This document shows positions 32,451-42,852 of a stretch of 64,000 bases of DNA, in pieces. The stretch's first letter is position 1. Every line of letters begins with the position of its first letter. The notes beneath the pieces are model-generated. The model had not been told where the DNA came from and made no database searches. It saw nothing but the letters and a program-made list of their open reading frames with translations. Origin of the DNA: Candidatus Kapaibacterium sp. (GTDB taxonomy: Bacteria; Bacteroidota; Ignavibacteria; Kapaibacteriales; UBA2268); contig OY761611.1 in assembly GCA_963664875.1 (NCBI GenBank), forward strand, positions 2,944,001 to 3,008,000, read 5' to 3'. A program made the position numbers and the translations under genes.

Positions 32451-32582
32451 CTATCTTTTGATTTTTAATTTTATCATGTTCTTTTCAGCATGACGTTTGT
32501 GGAATCTTGCACTCATATTTATTGCCCAAAAACCTGCCGCTGTGGCAAAAATGAAAGCTGCTTTTAATAATACCGGGTCCAT
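32451..32582 (-). CDS. Unannotated 43-aa small membrane protein
   Basis: MDPVLLKAAFIFATAAGFWAINMSARFHKRHAEKNMIKLKIKR; GGAGG 5 nt before ATG; stop 6 nt before nlpC start. Confidence 0.65.
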   Translation of the reverse strand: MDPVLLKAAFIFATAAGFWAINMSARFHKRHAEKNMIKLKIKR

Positions 32583-32618
32583 CGTTTCCTCCATTGATTA
32601 AATTGAGTACTTTACTAT

Positions 32619-32634
32619 TGCAAGATATGTGCCA
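32619..32634 (-). promoter_or_regulatory. Putative sigma54 promoter
   Basis: TGGCACATATCTTGCA, near-perfect consensus, 37 nt upstream of the small ORF. Confidence 0.7.
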
Positions 32635-32728
32635 AAAAAAACATAATCGAGATTTCCAAACACATTTTTAGTTGACTAAAAGCAGAATCTTATAGGTGCC
32701 ACAATTCGAGCCATTTTGTTGACGTACA

Positions 32729-33157
32729 CTATTCGAGATGCGGCCCTTTGCCAATTTGCATTTTCCCTTTGAAATACATCTTTTTTGTGTATAACGATTT
32801 GCAAATAAAAGCTTCGATGCCCTGATGTTCTATGATGCTGAGGTTAAGGATTTTTAGGTTGTGTGGCAAAATATCAGCTCTATCGTAGCAGGGGTAAAGA
32901 TTGCTGCAGGGATAGTCAGAACATTCGAAACAAAATCGAGCATTTTTGCTTTGGATGCAACTATAGGTCGGGCATACATCTTTCATAAGAGGGCATTTGC
33001 CTTCTGAGGGCAGGCAAGCCTTGCAGGGAAGAATGCTTTCAGGTATTCCTTTGCTTATAAGATAGTTTTTGATATCTTCATTCTCTGCGGCAAGGTACAT
33101 TTCGCAATTAGCACAATCTATTCCGCAGGGAGCGATTAATTCTTTTCGAGAAGTCAT
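32729..33157 (-). CDS. DUF3795-like cysteine-rich protein (start moved to ATG 33157)
   Basis: IAPCGIDCANC, CKAC, FCFECSDYPC. Confidence 0.8.
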   Translation of the reverse strand: MTSRKELIAPCGIDCANCEMYLAAENEDIKNYLISKGIPESILPCKACLPSEGKCPLMKDVCPTYSCIQSKNARFCFECSDYPCSNLYPCYDRADILPHNLKILNLSIIEHQGIEAFICKSLYTKKMYFKGKMQIGKGPHLE

Positions 33158-33422
33158 CTTTTTCTTCCTTATTTGTACAAAAAAAGATAACCTGTGGATT
33201 GACATTCAGATAGACTGCAATATACAAAATAAATACTGATTAGATTGAGTCAGTTATTGCAAAAAAAACACTCATTGTGAAGTTACATCATCGTCAAATA
33301 CTTTAAAAAGATTTGAGCTTAAGATAAGAACAGAGACACTATGTTTGTATCTCTGCCTATCAAATAGCAAATTAGTTACATTATTGTTGTTTTTAGGAAA
33401 GCGGGATACAGCTAAATAAATA

Positions 33423-34526
33423 TTATTTATCGAACTGTATAAAAAAGCTCGTGCCTACTTCTTTGGTACTTTCGAACCATGCTTTGCCTTTTAGATATTT
33501 CTCTGTGAAGAGTTTGATGCTATATGTTCCAATCCCTCTTCCTGTTCCTTTTGTAGAAAAGGATTTCCTGAAGATTTTTGATTGTACCTCTTCTGACATA
33601 ACAAGATTATTGTGAACTGAGAAAGTGAAAGAATTTTCTGATTGAAATGCAGATAAAGTTACTATCCCTGAAGGGTAAACAGCCTCTAATGCATTTTTGA
33701 GTAAATTACTTACAATTCTACCCAACAATGCGGGGTCAGATTCAAACTGAAATTTCTCGAATTTCTCGCTTAAACGAATTTCACTTTTTTTGGCAAAATC
33801 ATAGGCAGAGTTAGTGCGAATCATTTCATTCGCAAAAGTCAATGTATTCATTTTTACTTTTTTTACTTCTAATTGGTCTTTTTCCGCCTGTACTAATTGC
33901 TTGTGATTTTGGATTTCGTCAATCAATCTTTTTGAAGAGTCTTTGAGCATTGTTTTGTATTCATTGTATTCATCAGGCAAATCCATATCCAACAGAATAG
34001 AAATCGAAGTAATTGAGCTTGCGGTATTGAGTATGTCGTGAAAGAAAACACGCTCTAAGATTTCCTTTCGCTTCTCATCGCTGATGTCGAACAAAGAAAA
34101 AATAACATACTTTTCGTCGTTGATAAAGGTTGGTGCTGAGCTGACTCTGAGAGTGAGCGAATTATTTTCTTTATCCAATATCTGACATTCGTTTGTGTTT
34201 TCATTCTCGTTCAAAGCAGAAATGATAGATACAAATGCACCGCAATACTGGCACTCTTTTGCATTGCCACATCCGCCCAGCTCTTTAAAAGAATATACAC
34301 ATGAAAAAATTTCTCCGGGTCGTTTTCCAAGAGTTGATTTGTTGTCAAGAAAATCGAAGAATTTGAAAAATGATAAATTAGCATACACAGCTTGCCTGTA
34401 TTGATTCAAAATAAGAATCAAATCAGGAATCTTATCAAACAGCTGCTTATAAAGGAGTTGTTCGGAAAAGAATTTGACTTGTCTGTCCAAATCTTTCCCT
34501 TCTAATCTTGCCATAGTGTCGTACAT
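33423..34526 (-). CDS. Cytoplasmic PAS histidine kinase with four-Cys motif
   Basis: FFHDILN, NLLKNALEA, FSTKGTGRGIGTY; C-x9-C-x5-C-x2-C in the PAS region. Confidence 0.85.
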   Translation of the reverse strand: MYDTMARLEGKDLDRQVKFFSEQLLYKQLFDKIPDLILILNQYRQAVYANLSFFKFFDFLDNKSTLGKRPGEIFSCVYSFKELGGCGNAKECQYCGAFVSIISALNENENTNECQILDKENNSLTLRVSSAPTFINDEKYVIFSLFDISDEKRKEILERVFFHDILNTASSITSISILLDMDLPDEYNEYKTMLKDSSKRLIDEIQNHKQLVQAEKDQLEVKKVKMNTLTFANEMIRTNSAYDFAKKSEIRLSEKFEKFQFESDPALLGRIVSNLLKNALEAVYPSGIVTLSAFQSENSFTFSVHNNLVMSEEVQSKIFRKSFSTKGTGRGIGTYSIKLFTEKYLKGKAWFESTKEVGTSFFIQFDK

Positions 34527-34651
34527 TTTCGCCCCAAATTTACAATCTTAGATTTGTAAAGAGAATATACACAAAATACATTATACTATGAATAACTATT
34601 TTCTTATCTTGTCGTATATGTTAGATGTTTATTTGTTTTTAGGAAAGTAAG

Positions 34652-35440
34652 ATGAAATCTCATGAAGTTGATTATCAGATTTTCGGCGACGATATGCAGG
34701 TTGTCGAGATAGAATTAGATCCACAGGAAACTGTAATTGCCGAAGCCGGTGCTATGAATTGGATGGATGATAGTATCGAGTTTGAAGCAAAGCTGGGCGA
34801 TGGTTCTAAACCTAATCAGGGTATGTTTGGCAAGCTATTAGATGTTGGCAAAAGAGTTCTAACCGGTGAATCAGTATTTATGACTCACTTCACAAATGTT
34901 GGTCACGGCAAAAAAAGAGTAGCATTTGCAGCACCATACCCGGGCAAAATTGTGCCTTTAGATATGGCACAAATGGGTGGTGATTTCATTTGCCAAAAAG
35001 ATGCTTTCCTATGTGCAGCTTTAGGAACTGAAGTAAGTATCACTTTTAACAAAAGACTCGGTGCCGGCTTTTTTGGCGGCGAAGGCTTTATTTTGCAACG
35101 TCTTCGCGGAGATGGTCTTGCTTTTGTGCATGCAGGCGGTACTATAGTTAAAAAAGAACTAAAAGGTGAAACTATTAAAGTTGATACCGGCTGTATCGTT
35201 GGGTTCACAGCAGGCATAGATTATGATATTCAAAGAGCAGGCGGACTAAAATCTATGTTTTTTGGTGGAGAGGGCTTGTTTTTAGCTACTTTGCAGGGTC
35301 ATGGTACTATTTATCTCCAATCACTTCCATTTTCTCGTATGGCTGACAGAATACTTCAACATGCACCGTCAGCAGGTGGCTCGTCCAAAGGTGAAGGATC
35401 TGTACTTGGCGGTTTTGGCAGAATGATTAGTGGTGATTAG
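34652..35440 (+). CDS. TIGR00266 / AIM24 family protein
   Basis: [36 protein letters not shown]. Confidence 0.9.
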   Translation: MKSHEVDYQIFGDDMQVVEIELDPQETVIAEAGAMNWMDDSIEFEAKLGDGSKPNQGMFGKLLDVGKRVLTGESVFMTHFTNVGHGKKRVAFAAPYPGKIVPLDMAQMGGDFICQKDAFLCAALGTEVSITFNKRLGAGFFGGEGFILQRLRGDGLAFVHAGGTIVKKELKGETIKVDTGCIVGFTAGIDYDIQRAGGLKSMFFGGEGLFLATLQGHGTIYLQSLPFSRMADRILQHAPSAGGSSKGEGSVLGGFGRMISGD

Positions 35441-35496
35441 TATTTTAACCAGAAAATGTCATTTGAAACCCAATTAAGTCTTTAACTTATTTTTTT

Positions 35497-35520
35497 GGCA
35501 AGGGGTTAAAACCCCTTGTC
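35497..35520. repeat. Palindrome, REP-like or terminator
   Basis: GGCAAGGGGTT-AA-AACCCCTTGTC between convergent genes. Confidence 0.5.
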
Positions 35521-35752
35521 CCTTGATACAATATATAAGTTTTCCTTTCATTTACGACTTGAATTCTTCTTCGTAAATAAAGCATGTTGCAAGTGTTTTT
35601 GATCTCTAATGACAAAAAGGGATTAAAAGTAGTTGTGGAAAATAATGCCACATTTAATCCCTACCATTGGAAGAAGGGCGAGGTCATTGTTGCATTTTGG
35701 ACATCTTATTCGACTGATGAGAGAGCCTCTTTTACTTGACTCTAAAAACAAT

Positions 35753-36670
35753 TTACAGCTTGAAGTAATAACCAATGTTTATGCCCAGGGAATATGCCAA
35801 ACCAAGCTGATAACCATTGGGATACCTGAGTATAGGTATATCTGTAAATGCTGCGAAATTGAAATTATCATAACTGTAGTTAATCTGCGGAGACAGGAGG
35901 ATAAAATTGCCACCGGTGTTGTCCACAGCTTTTCCGGACTGGTAGTCATGGGTTCTGTTGGTGTGTTGTATTTCTAATATCGCTGTGAGTTTTTCTATTA
36001 TCGGGTATGATACAAAAAGCGAGCTAGTGATATTGTTCCCAAATCTATATTCATCATCATTCTCTCCAGTTAATTCAAATCTTGAAACAGCATACAAATG
36101 CAGACCAAAAGGGAAACCCTTATGGAAGAATGCATTAAAAGTTACAGCTCTGCTGGCGACCGCAGTTCTTTGGTAAATAGCAATATCTTCACTGTTATTG
36201 TCATTGTCACCAAGCGGGAATTTTACTCCCACACCGCCGGAAAACTCGATATCGTATTTAGGCTTTAGATAAAAAATGAACTTACCTGAAATCCCAATAT
36301 GCGAAAATCCGCTTGCTTTAGTAGTGCCTGAGCCATCTGTAAACTCTCTATTCAGGTAGTAGCCGGTTTCCAAATCCGCCATAAATCTATCCGCAAGTCC
36401 ATAGCTTAAATTAAGTAAAGAGTATTGTGCGTTGAAATCAGAATATCTTAAGCTTGTATCAACTGCACTTCCATTGTGGTAATAAGTATCGCCACTCATT
36501 GATTTTGTCATCAAAGATGCAGAAACATAGCGTTCTTTTATGACGCCGGTGTTGGTGATAGAAGCCGCCGGAGAAAATCCGCCAAAAATAGTTCCACCCC
36601 AGCAGTTACATTGAGCAGAAGCATTCGCTGAGATAGCAAGTAACAAAATAGCAGTAATAATATATTTCAT
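35753..36670 (-). CDS. Putative outer-membrane beta-barrel transporter with N-terminal CxC (start moved to ATG 36670)
   Basis: Signal peptide ending ASA, then QCNC; alternating beta strands; GVKFPLG, LSPQINY; aromatic C-terminus. Confidence 0.65.
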   Translation of the reverse strand: MKYIITAILLLAISANASAQCNCWGGTIFGGFSPAASITNTGVIKERYVSASLMTKSMSGDTYYHNGSAVDTSLRYSDFNAQYSLLNLSYGLADRFMADLETGYYLNREFTDGSGTTKASGFSHIGISGKFIFYLKPKYDIEFSGGVGVKFPLGDNDNNSEDIAIYQRTAVASRAVTFNAFFHKGFPFGLHLYAVSRFELTGENDDEYRFGNNITSSLFVSYPIIEKLTAILEIQHTNRTHDYQSGKAVDNTGGNFILLSPQINYSYDNFNFAAFTDIPILRYPNGYQLGLAYSLGINIGYYFKL

Positions 36671-36675
36671 AAGTT

Positions 36676-37164
36676 TTATTCTTTGCAGTATTTGATAATA
36701 TCTTTTTCCCATGAGAAGATAGGTCCTTCAATTTTCCCGATTAACTTGCCATTTTTTTCTATGAAAAGGGTAGGGACAGAGTATATGCTAAATCTTTTGT
36801 GATTGCCGCCTGACTCCTCAAAATCATCGTTTACATTGAAAAGTTCAATATTGCTTTCTGTAATTCCGTATTTATCTAAGATCTTAAGTATCTTTGCTAC
36901 TTCCTGAATGCAATGGCTACATTCCGTATTAGCAAATATAGTAAAATTAAACTCATCTGTGCCTATACTTTCAAAGGTAAGTTCGACCTCGTATTCTTCA
37001 TAGGCAGAGATAGAATTAGTTGTTTCCAGCCATGATGTAATACTCATTTTCCTGTATTTGTTGTCGATAATACGAATATTAGGCGAACAAGAATTATATA
37101 TCAATAATAATGATAATAAGATAAATAATGCGGAAACATTTATATTAAGAACATTTTTTAGCAT
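36676..37164 (-). CDS. Thioredoxin-fold protein, probable lipoprotein
   Basis: CSHC motif, cis-Pro region SVPTLF, N-terminal hydrophobic stretch ending NSC. Confidence 0.75.
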   Translation of the reverse strand: MLKNVLNINVSALFILLSLLLIYNSCSPNIRIIDNKYRKMSITSWLETTNSISAYEEYEVELTFESIGTDEFNFTIFANTECSHCIQEVAKILKILDKYGITESNIELFNVNDDFEESGGNHKRFSIYSVPTLFIEKNGKLIGKIEGPIFSWEKDIIKYCKE

Positions 37165-37246
37165 ATCTTATAAATATTTATTGTAAATGTAATATAGTTT
37201 AATTATCTTTAGATATGGTATGCCCAATCTTTTAAGTGTAGAGACT

Positions 37247-40200
37247 ATGAGTTTGAAAGATAAAAGTAAAGAAGAACTTTTGCAAGAAATAAAAAAATTG
37301 CAGGAAGAATTACTTTCTAAGGACTTGCAAATCGAAGAATTATCGGAGCGTCTGACAGGCTTTCAAATCAGACAGGATGATACGCTCATTAGTAGCTCTA
37401 TGCCTTATCAATCTTTAGCTCCTGACGGCAAATTTTTATATGTAAACGAAGCTTGGTCGATTCTTTTGGGCTATAGTGCTGAAGATATAGCCGGAAAAAA
37501 CTTTGGAGATATTATCCTTCCGGAACTTTATGAAAAATTTTGTGAAAAGTTTGAGGAATTTAAGAACGAAGGAATTATCATTGATGCTGAATTGATACTT
37601 TTGGCTAAGTCAGGAAAGGAGATTGCTGTAAAAATAGACGGCAGATTTGTCAAAGATGAGATTGGTAATTATTTACATACGCATTGTATTTTGAAAGATG
37701 TAACAACTGAGTATAAACTAAGAACTGAATTAGAGAGAAGAGAGATCCTTTTTTCGAATACTTTTGATTCACTTGCGTTAGGTGTTGGATTGTATTCCAA
37801 AGACGGATTCCTTTTTCAATCAAATAATAGATTTGCAGAAATTTTAGGTTATAGCATTGAAGAGATAAAAGATGTTTCATTCCGACAATTTGCTGTTGAT
37901 ACTGATGAACTGGATAGTTTTACCGAGGAATTGCGATCTCTTGCAATGAATCCTAAGAAAACTTTAAGCTTCGAGAAAAGAAATATTCGAAAAGACAAAC
38001 AGATAATTTGGGTAAAAATGCATATATCTGTATCTGTAAACTCAGAAGGAGATTTTGAACATTTTAATGTTGTTCTGGAAGACATTACTAAACAAAAGGA
38101 ACAGGAGAAGAGCCTCGAGCTTTTCAAAGCAGTAATAGACCATGCAAACTATGGCGTTGTTATCTGCACACAGGATAGAGAAGTTGTATTTTCCAATCAA
38201 TATTTTGGAGATTGTCACGGCCTGAGTGTGGAAGAATCCATCGGAAAGACAATAGATATTTACCATAGCCAAAGTCAACTTGAAGATGCGTATAATATGT
38301 TTGAGGAAATGGCAAAAGACAAAGCTCACACTCCAAGATTAGTCTGGCATGCTAAGAAAAATGGTGATGAGTTCCCTATGCTTATGAATGGAGGTATCGT
38401 ACAAAGTAACGGAGAGACTTATATTACTGTTTCAGCGCTTGACATCAGCGAATTGTATTCTCAAAGTATCGAGTTAGAAGAAAACCGTGCAAAATACTCT
38501 GCTATCATTTCGCAATCAATAGACTGTATATATATAGCCGATGCAGAAACACTGCAAATTTTAGAAGCTAATCAGTCTTTGCTCAATTTGACGGGCTACT
38601 CCGAAGATGAAATAAAAAAACTGACAATAAAGGACTTAGTGTATTCTGTGGATCCGGATTTTGTCAAATCTAATCTTCAAAAATTGCTGGTAGATAAATC
38701 TATAAAATTAGATTTGATTTATTACTTAAAGAAATCCGGAGAAAAAATAGCAGTAGAAGTAAATGCTAATTTGATTCAAGTCAGAGAAAAGTTTTATATA
38801 AGTGGGCTTGTAAGGGATATATCAGAAAAAATTAGAATAGAAAATGAACTAAGAGAAAGAGAAAACTTCATTCGAAGCATTACTGATAATGTCCCGGTTG
38901 TGATATTCTTGTTTAATTTCAAACAAAAACGAACTATTTATGCCAATTCTCAACTTAATAAGCAACTTGGATATACTATGGAAGACCTTGCAGAGCGGCA
39001 GTCCGATATGCTTTTAGATATTATCCATCCGGATGACGTTTTCAGACTTCGTACAGATTTTTCCTTTGAAAACTTCTCTCAGAAATCGGTTTACTCTGAA
39101 TTTAGAATCAAGCACAAAAAAGGTTCCTATATTTGGTTTAGTGCTGTTGGGACAGAGCTTAAAATTGGCGAAACAACGCATCTTCTCGGATTTGCACAAA
39201 ATATCGATGAAAAAAGGCGCTATAGCCAGGCACTGATTGATAGTGAGCGTATGTATAGAATCTTAGCAGAATCTCTTCCTGATACAATCATGCGATTTGA
39301 CAAAAACATGAGGCATCTCTATGTCAGTGAAAACGTAACTAAAGTTGTTGATATCAAAGCCAAAGATATGTTTAACAAGACGCATGCGGAACTTGGTTTC
39401 CCTGAGGAAATGGTAGAGTTTTGGGAAAGAAAAATCAGGAAGGTATTTGAAACAGGAAAAGCGGGAGACTATGAATTTACCATTGACTCCAAAGCCGGAT
39501 TAGCTGTAATTGACTGGAGACTATTACCTGAATTTGATGATAAAGGAGAAGTCGAGTCTGTCCTTGCTATAGCAAGAATTATCAATGACTTGAGAAATAC
39601 CGAAAGAGATTATCAGCGTCTATTTAATGAACTAAATGCCGGGTTTGCAGTACATGAAATTATTTTAGATAACGCAGGCAACCCAATTGATTATAGGTTT
39701 ATTGTTGTAAATAAAGCTTTCGAAAAAATGACAGGTCTTTTCCAAGAGGACATCAAAGGAAAGACTGTCAAAGAAATCCTGCCGGGTACTGAAGATTATT
39801 GGATTCAGACTTACGGCGAGGTTGCCCTTACCGGAAAAACTACTCAGATTGAAAATTACTCTGCAGACCTAGATAGATATTATGAAGTAACAGCCTATTC
39901 GCCATTGAAATATCAATTTGCAACTATTATTGAAGATATTACAGAAAAGAAAAAGATACGAAACCGAATAAAAGAACAGGAAGAAAAATACAGACTAATA
40001 GTGGAAAATCAGTCTGATATGGTTCTAAAACTGGACAGAAATTACAAAATACTTTACGCGAACCCCAATTTTACCCAAGCTCTTAATTTGGAAGAAAGAG
40101 ATATACTATCAAAGAACTTTCTCGAAGTAATTCCTGAAGAAAATCGTTCCTGTTTTGTCGAAGTTCTCAATGAGGTCGCAAATAAAGATAAAGAAATTGC

Positions 40201-41233
40201 CACCAAAGAATGCAAAAAAAGTGATGAAGATTTGTGGATTAACTGGACAATAAAAGCAGTAAAAAATGACTTGGGCAAATTGGAGTACCTAATTGCGGTT
40301 GGCCATGATATTAGCGAAATCAAAAAAGTACAGCAAAAAATCCAAGAGTTAAATATGGAACTCGAGGAAAAGGTAATCCAAAGGACTCATCAGCTACAAA
40401 ATGTAGTAAATCAACTTCAGAAAGAAAATGAAGAACATAAAAAGACTAAGATGCAGCTGGAAGTTGCCAAAACACAAATAGAAAAAGCATTGAATGAAGA
40501 GAAGGAACTTAGCCAGTTAAAAACGCGCTTCATCTCTATGGTATCGCACGAATATAGAACTCCACTTACTGTAATACTATCATCTTCATTTTTGATAGAA
40601 AGACTTGGTAGAAAAAATGAATACGACAAAGTAGATAACCATTTGGAGAAAATAAGGGCAAGCGTTAAGCAGATGACAAATTTGCTTGAAGATGTAATTG
40701 CAGTTGGTAAAAGCGAGGAAGGACTACTTACACCAAAGCCTCAATATTTTGATTTGTCAGTGCTTATGAATACTTTGATTGACGAAGTATATTCTATTGA
40801 CAGTAGAATGCATGCTATTGATTTGAACTTTAATGCCGATAATACAATAATCTACTCAGACCCAAAACTTTTACGACAGGTTATAAATAATCTACTTACA
40901 AATGCGTGTAAGTACTCAAAGATAGGTACAAAGGTCTATATACTTGTCAGCATCAAAAATGACTGTTTCAATATTGATGTTAAAGATGAAGGTATTGGCA
41001 TTTCCGATGATGATTTGCAAAGTCTATTTACTCCGTTTTTCAGAAACAAAGAACATATTGGTGCAATCCCCGGCTCCGGTCTTGGTTTGACAATAGTTAA
41101 ACGTTCGGTAGAATTGTTGGGTGGCAAGCTTAGTGTGATTTCGAAAGTTAACGAAGGTAGTACTTTTACTGTAACTTTCCCATTGAAAGTTATTTACCCT
41201 GATTTTTATAAGGATATGGATAAAAATGTTTAG
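37247..41233 (+). CDS. Large cytoplasmic multi-PAS/PAC histidine kinase
   Basis: About eight PAS/PAC repeats (LLGYS...DIT), coiled coil, VSHEYRTPL, NLLTNACKYS, DEGIG, GSGLGL. Confidence 0.92.
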   Translation: MSLKDKSKEELLQEIKKLQEELLSKDLQIEELSERLTGFQIRQDDTLISSSMPYQSLAPDGKFLYVNEAWSILLGYSAEDIAGKNFGDIILPELYEKFCEKFEEFKNEGIIIDAELILLAKSGKEIAVKIDGRFVKDEIGNYLHTHCILKDVTTEYKLRTELERREILFSNTFDSLALGVGLYSKDGFLFQSNNRFAEILGYSIEEIKDVSFRQFAVDTDELDSFTEELRSLAMNPKKTLSFEKRNIRKDKQIIWVKMHISVSVNSEGDFEHFNVVLEDITKQKEQEKSLELFKAVIDHANYGVVICTQDREVVFSNQYFGDCHGLSVEESIGKTIDIYHSQSQLEDAYNMFEEMAKDKAHTPRLVWHAKKNGDEFPMLMNGGIVQSNGETYITVSALDISELYSQSIELEENRAKYSAIISQSIDCIYIADAETLQILEANQSLLNLTGYSEDEIKKLTIKDLVYSVDPDFVKSNLQKLLVDKSIKLDLIYYLKKSGEKIAVEVNANLIQVREKFYISGLVRDISEKIRIENELRERENFIRSITDNVPVVIFLFNFKQKRTIYANSQLNKQLGYTMEDLAERQSDMLLDIIHPDDVFRLRTDFSFENFSQKSVYSEFRIKHKKGSYIWFSAVGTELKIGETTHLLGFAQNIDEKRRYSQALIDSERMYRILAESLPDTIMRFDKNMRHLYVSENVTKVVDIKAKDMFNKTHAELGFPEEMVEFWERKIRKVFETGKAGDYEFTIDSKAGLAVIDWRLLPEFDDKGEVESVLAIARIINDLRNTERDYQRLFNELNAGFAVHEIILDNAGNPIDYRFIVVNKAFEKMTGLFQEDIKGKTVKEILPGTEDYWIQTYGEVALTGKTTQIENYSADLDRYYEVTAYSPLKYQFATIIEDITEKKKIRNRIKEQEEKYRLIVENQSDMVLKLDRNYKILYANPNFTQALNLEERDILSKNFLEVIPEENRSCFVEVLNEVANKDKEIATKECKKSDEDLWINWTIKAVKNDLGKLEYLIAVGHDISEIKKVQQKIQELNMELEEKVIQRTHQLQNVVNQLQKENEEHKKTKMQLEVAKTQIEKALNEEKELSQLKTRFISMVSHEYRTPLTVILSSSFLIERLGRKNEYDKVDNHLEKIRASVKQMTNLLEDVIAVGKSEEGLLTPKPQYFDLSVLMNTLIDEVYSIDSRMHAIDLNFNADNTIIYSDPKLLRQVINNLLTNACKYSKIGTKVYILVSIKNDCFNIDVKDEGIGISDDDLQSLFTPFFRNKEHIGAIPGSGLGLTIVKRSVELLGGKLSVISKVNEGSTFTVTFPLKVIYPDFYKDMDKNV

Positions 41234-42170
41234 AACACTGATAGTAGATGATGTTGAGCAAAATGCTATAATGCTTAGAGTTCTTTTAGAGAATTACAAT
41301 CATCGTGTTACGTTTGCTTCAAATGGGAAAGATGCTCTCGAGATACTTAAGGATAAAGAATTTGACCTTATAATATCGGATATTCTGATGCCCTATATCG
41401 ATGGATTTGAGTTTTGCAAGTTAGTAAAAGCAAACGAATCTACTCAGAACATCCCTTTCATTTTTTATACTGCAACTTATATGGATCAGGAAAGCAAAAA
41501 GTATGGTCTTTCGCTTGGGGCTGATAGGTATCTTTTGAAACCTCTTGAACCACATTATTTATTAGCTACAATTGATGATCTTTTTGCGGACTATAAATCC
41601 AGAAGTTTGATGGATAGCAGAGAAAGTTTGACCAATCCAACAGAAATGGATTTGCAACAGATTAACTTATTAGACCGACTTGAAAATGGCTTATTTGAGC
41701 TGGAAAAAAAGAATAGAATTCTAAAAAAACTGAATAATTTAACCTTAGAGCTAATCGGAGCAAAATCTGTTCAGGAATATTTCGATTATCTGCTTGGTAC
41801 AGTGCAAAAGTATTTCCCATTCAATAGAGTGCTCGTAACGGCACTTAGGGACAATCAATTTATCACAATGCTCAATAAAAATATGCCTATGACTACTAAG
41901 ATAATATTGCTCAAATATATAGCAGGCTCGCATGATTTGATGAAGTTCGAAAAGTATGTCTTGGTGCGTAATTGTTTGAGGCACAATATCGAGGATATTC
42001 CATTAAGTATCACCGGTTCATGTTGCTTTTTGCCGTATGATAATACCAAGGAATCAGGAATTATTACTTTGATTTCCGATAATGAATATAATTATGAATA
42101 CGCTGAGTATTTCTTTGATAATTTGCAGTCAATCATCAATAAAACTATTGTATTAATCAATAAAGATTAG
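41226..42170 (+). CDS. Response regulator receiver protein with uncharacterised C-terminal domain
   Basis: LIVDD, ISDILMPYIDG, FYTA, LLKP; overlaps kinase stop. Confidence 0.88.
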   Translation: MFRTLIVDDVEQNAIMLRVLLENYNHRVTFASNGKDALEILKDKEFDLIISDILMPYIDGFEFCKLVKANESTQNIPFIFYTATYMDQESKKYGLSLGADRYLLKPLEPHYLLATIDDLFADYKSRSLMDSRESLTNPTEMDLQQINLLDRLENGLFELEKKNRILKKLNNLTLELIGAKSVQEYFDYLLGTVQKYFPFNRVLVTALRDNQFITMLNKNMPMTTKIILLKYIAGSHDLMKFEKYVLVRNCLRHNIEDIPLSITGSCCFLPYDNTKESGIITLISDNEYNYEYAEYFFDNLQSIINKTIVLINKD

Positions 42171-42838
42171 AACTTACCAAATTTAAAAGCTATGGTATAA
42201 GACAAACCGCGAAGATCGGCATCTGCCGTATTCGAGAGATTAACACCGCTAACATAGCGGTATGATAAACCGGCAGAAATTCTAAAAAAGCTCACTATAT
42301 TCAGCTCTGCAGTAATGCCCGGCTCTAAAACAAAAAATGCAGAGTTTTCGTGTTGTAATGTTTCTTCCTCTTCGTAATTGGCAGTTTTTATCTTACTGTT
42401 ACTTACGTAATTAGCTCCACCTGCACCTATTAAAGTATTCACGGTAAAATGAAATAATTCATCAGAGTTATGAGTATATTCCATAAAAAAGCCACCGTAG
42501 CCTAACTGTAGAGTTGGTAGCTCCCAAGTTGCATTATCAAAAGCGATTTCGCTCTGGTAATGGTCAAGAGTATATTTAGAAACCATACCATAGCCGCCTC
42601 CGCCTATGGACAAAGTGCTGTTTATAATCCATCCGCCTCTTGCCCCTACAAAAACGGCAGAAGAAGTGTTGTCGTTTATCTTAATGTTGCTCATCCTTAC
42701 TTCAAAAGCACCATAACCTCCACTTTCGATTTCACCAATGTCTATAATTGCAGCAGCTTTCGCATTGTCCTGCAACTCCTGTGTATAAAGATTGAAACAG
42801 GGAAATAATATCAATAAAATAACAATAGCGTTTTTCAT
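42167..42838 (-). CDS. Small outer-membrane beta-barrel protein (paralog 3)
   Basis: Signal peptide; GARGGWIIN, GYGG, EPGI, GLSYR; C-terminal FKFGKF. Confidence 0.7.
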   Translation of the reverse strand: MKNAIVILLILFPCFNLYTQELQDNAKAAAIIDIGEIESGGYGAFEVRMSNIKINDNTSSAVFVGARGGWIINSTLSIGGGGYGMVSKYTLDHYQSEIAFDNATWELPTLQLGYGGFFMEYTHNSDELFHFTVNTLIGAGGANYVSNSKIKTANYEEEETLQHENSAFFVLEPGITAELNIVSFFRISAGLSYRYVSGVNLSNTADADLRGLSYTIAFKFGKF

Positions 42839-42852
42839 TTTTTAGCCCTCTT

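Noticed and set aside
35633-35977. 114-aa plus-strand ORF
   Set aside because: Mostly antisense to the beta-barrel gene; no coding features.
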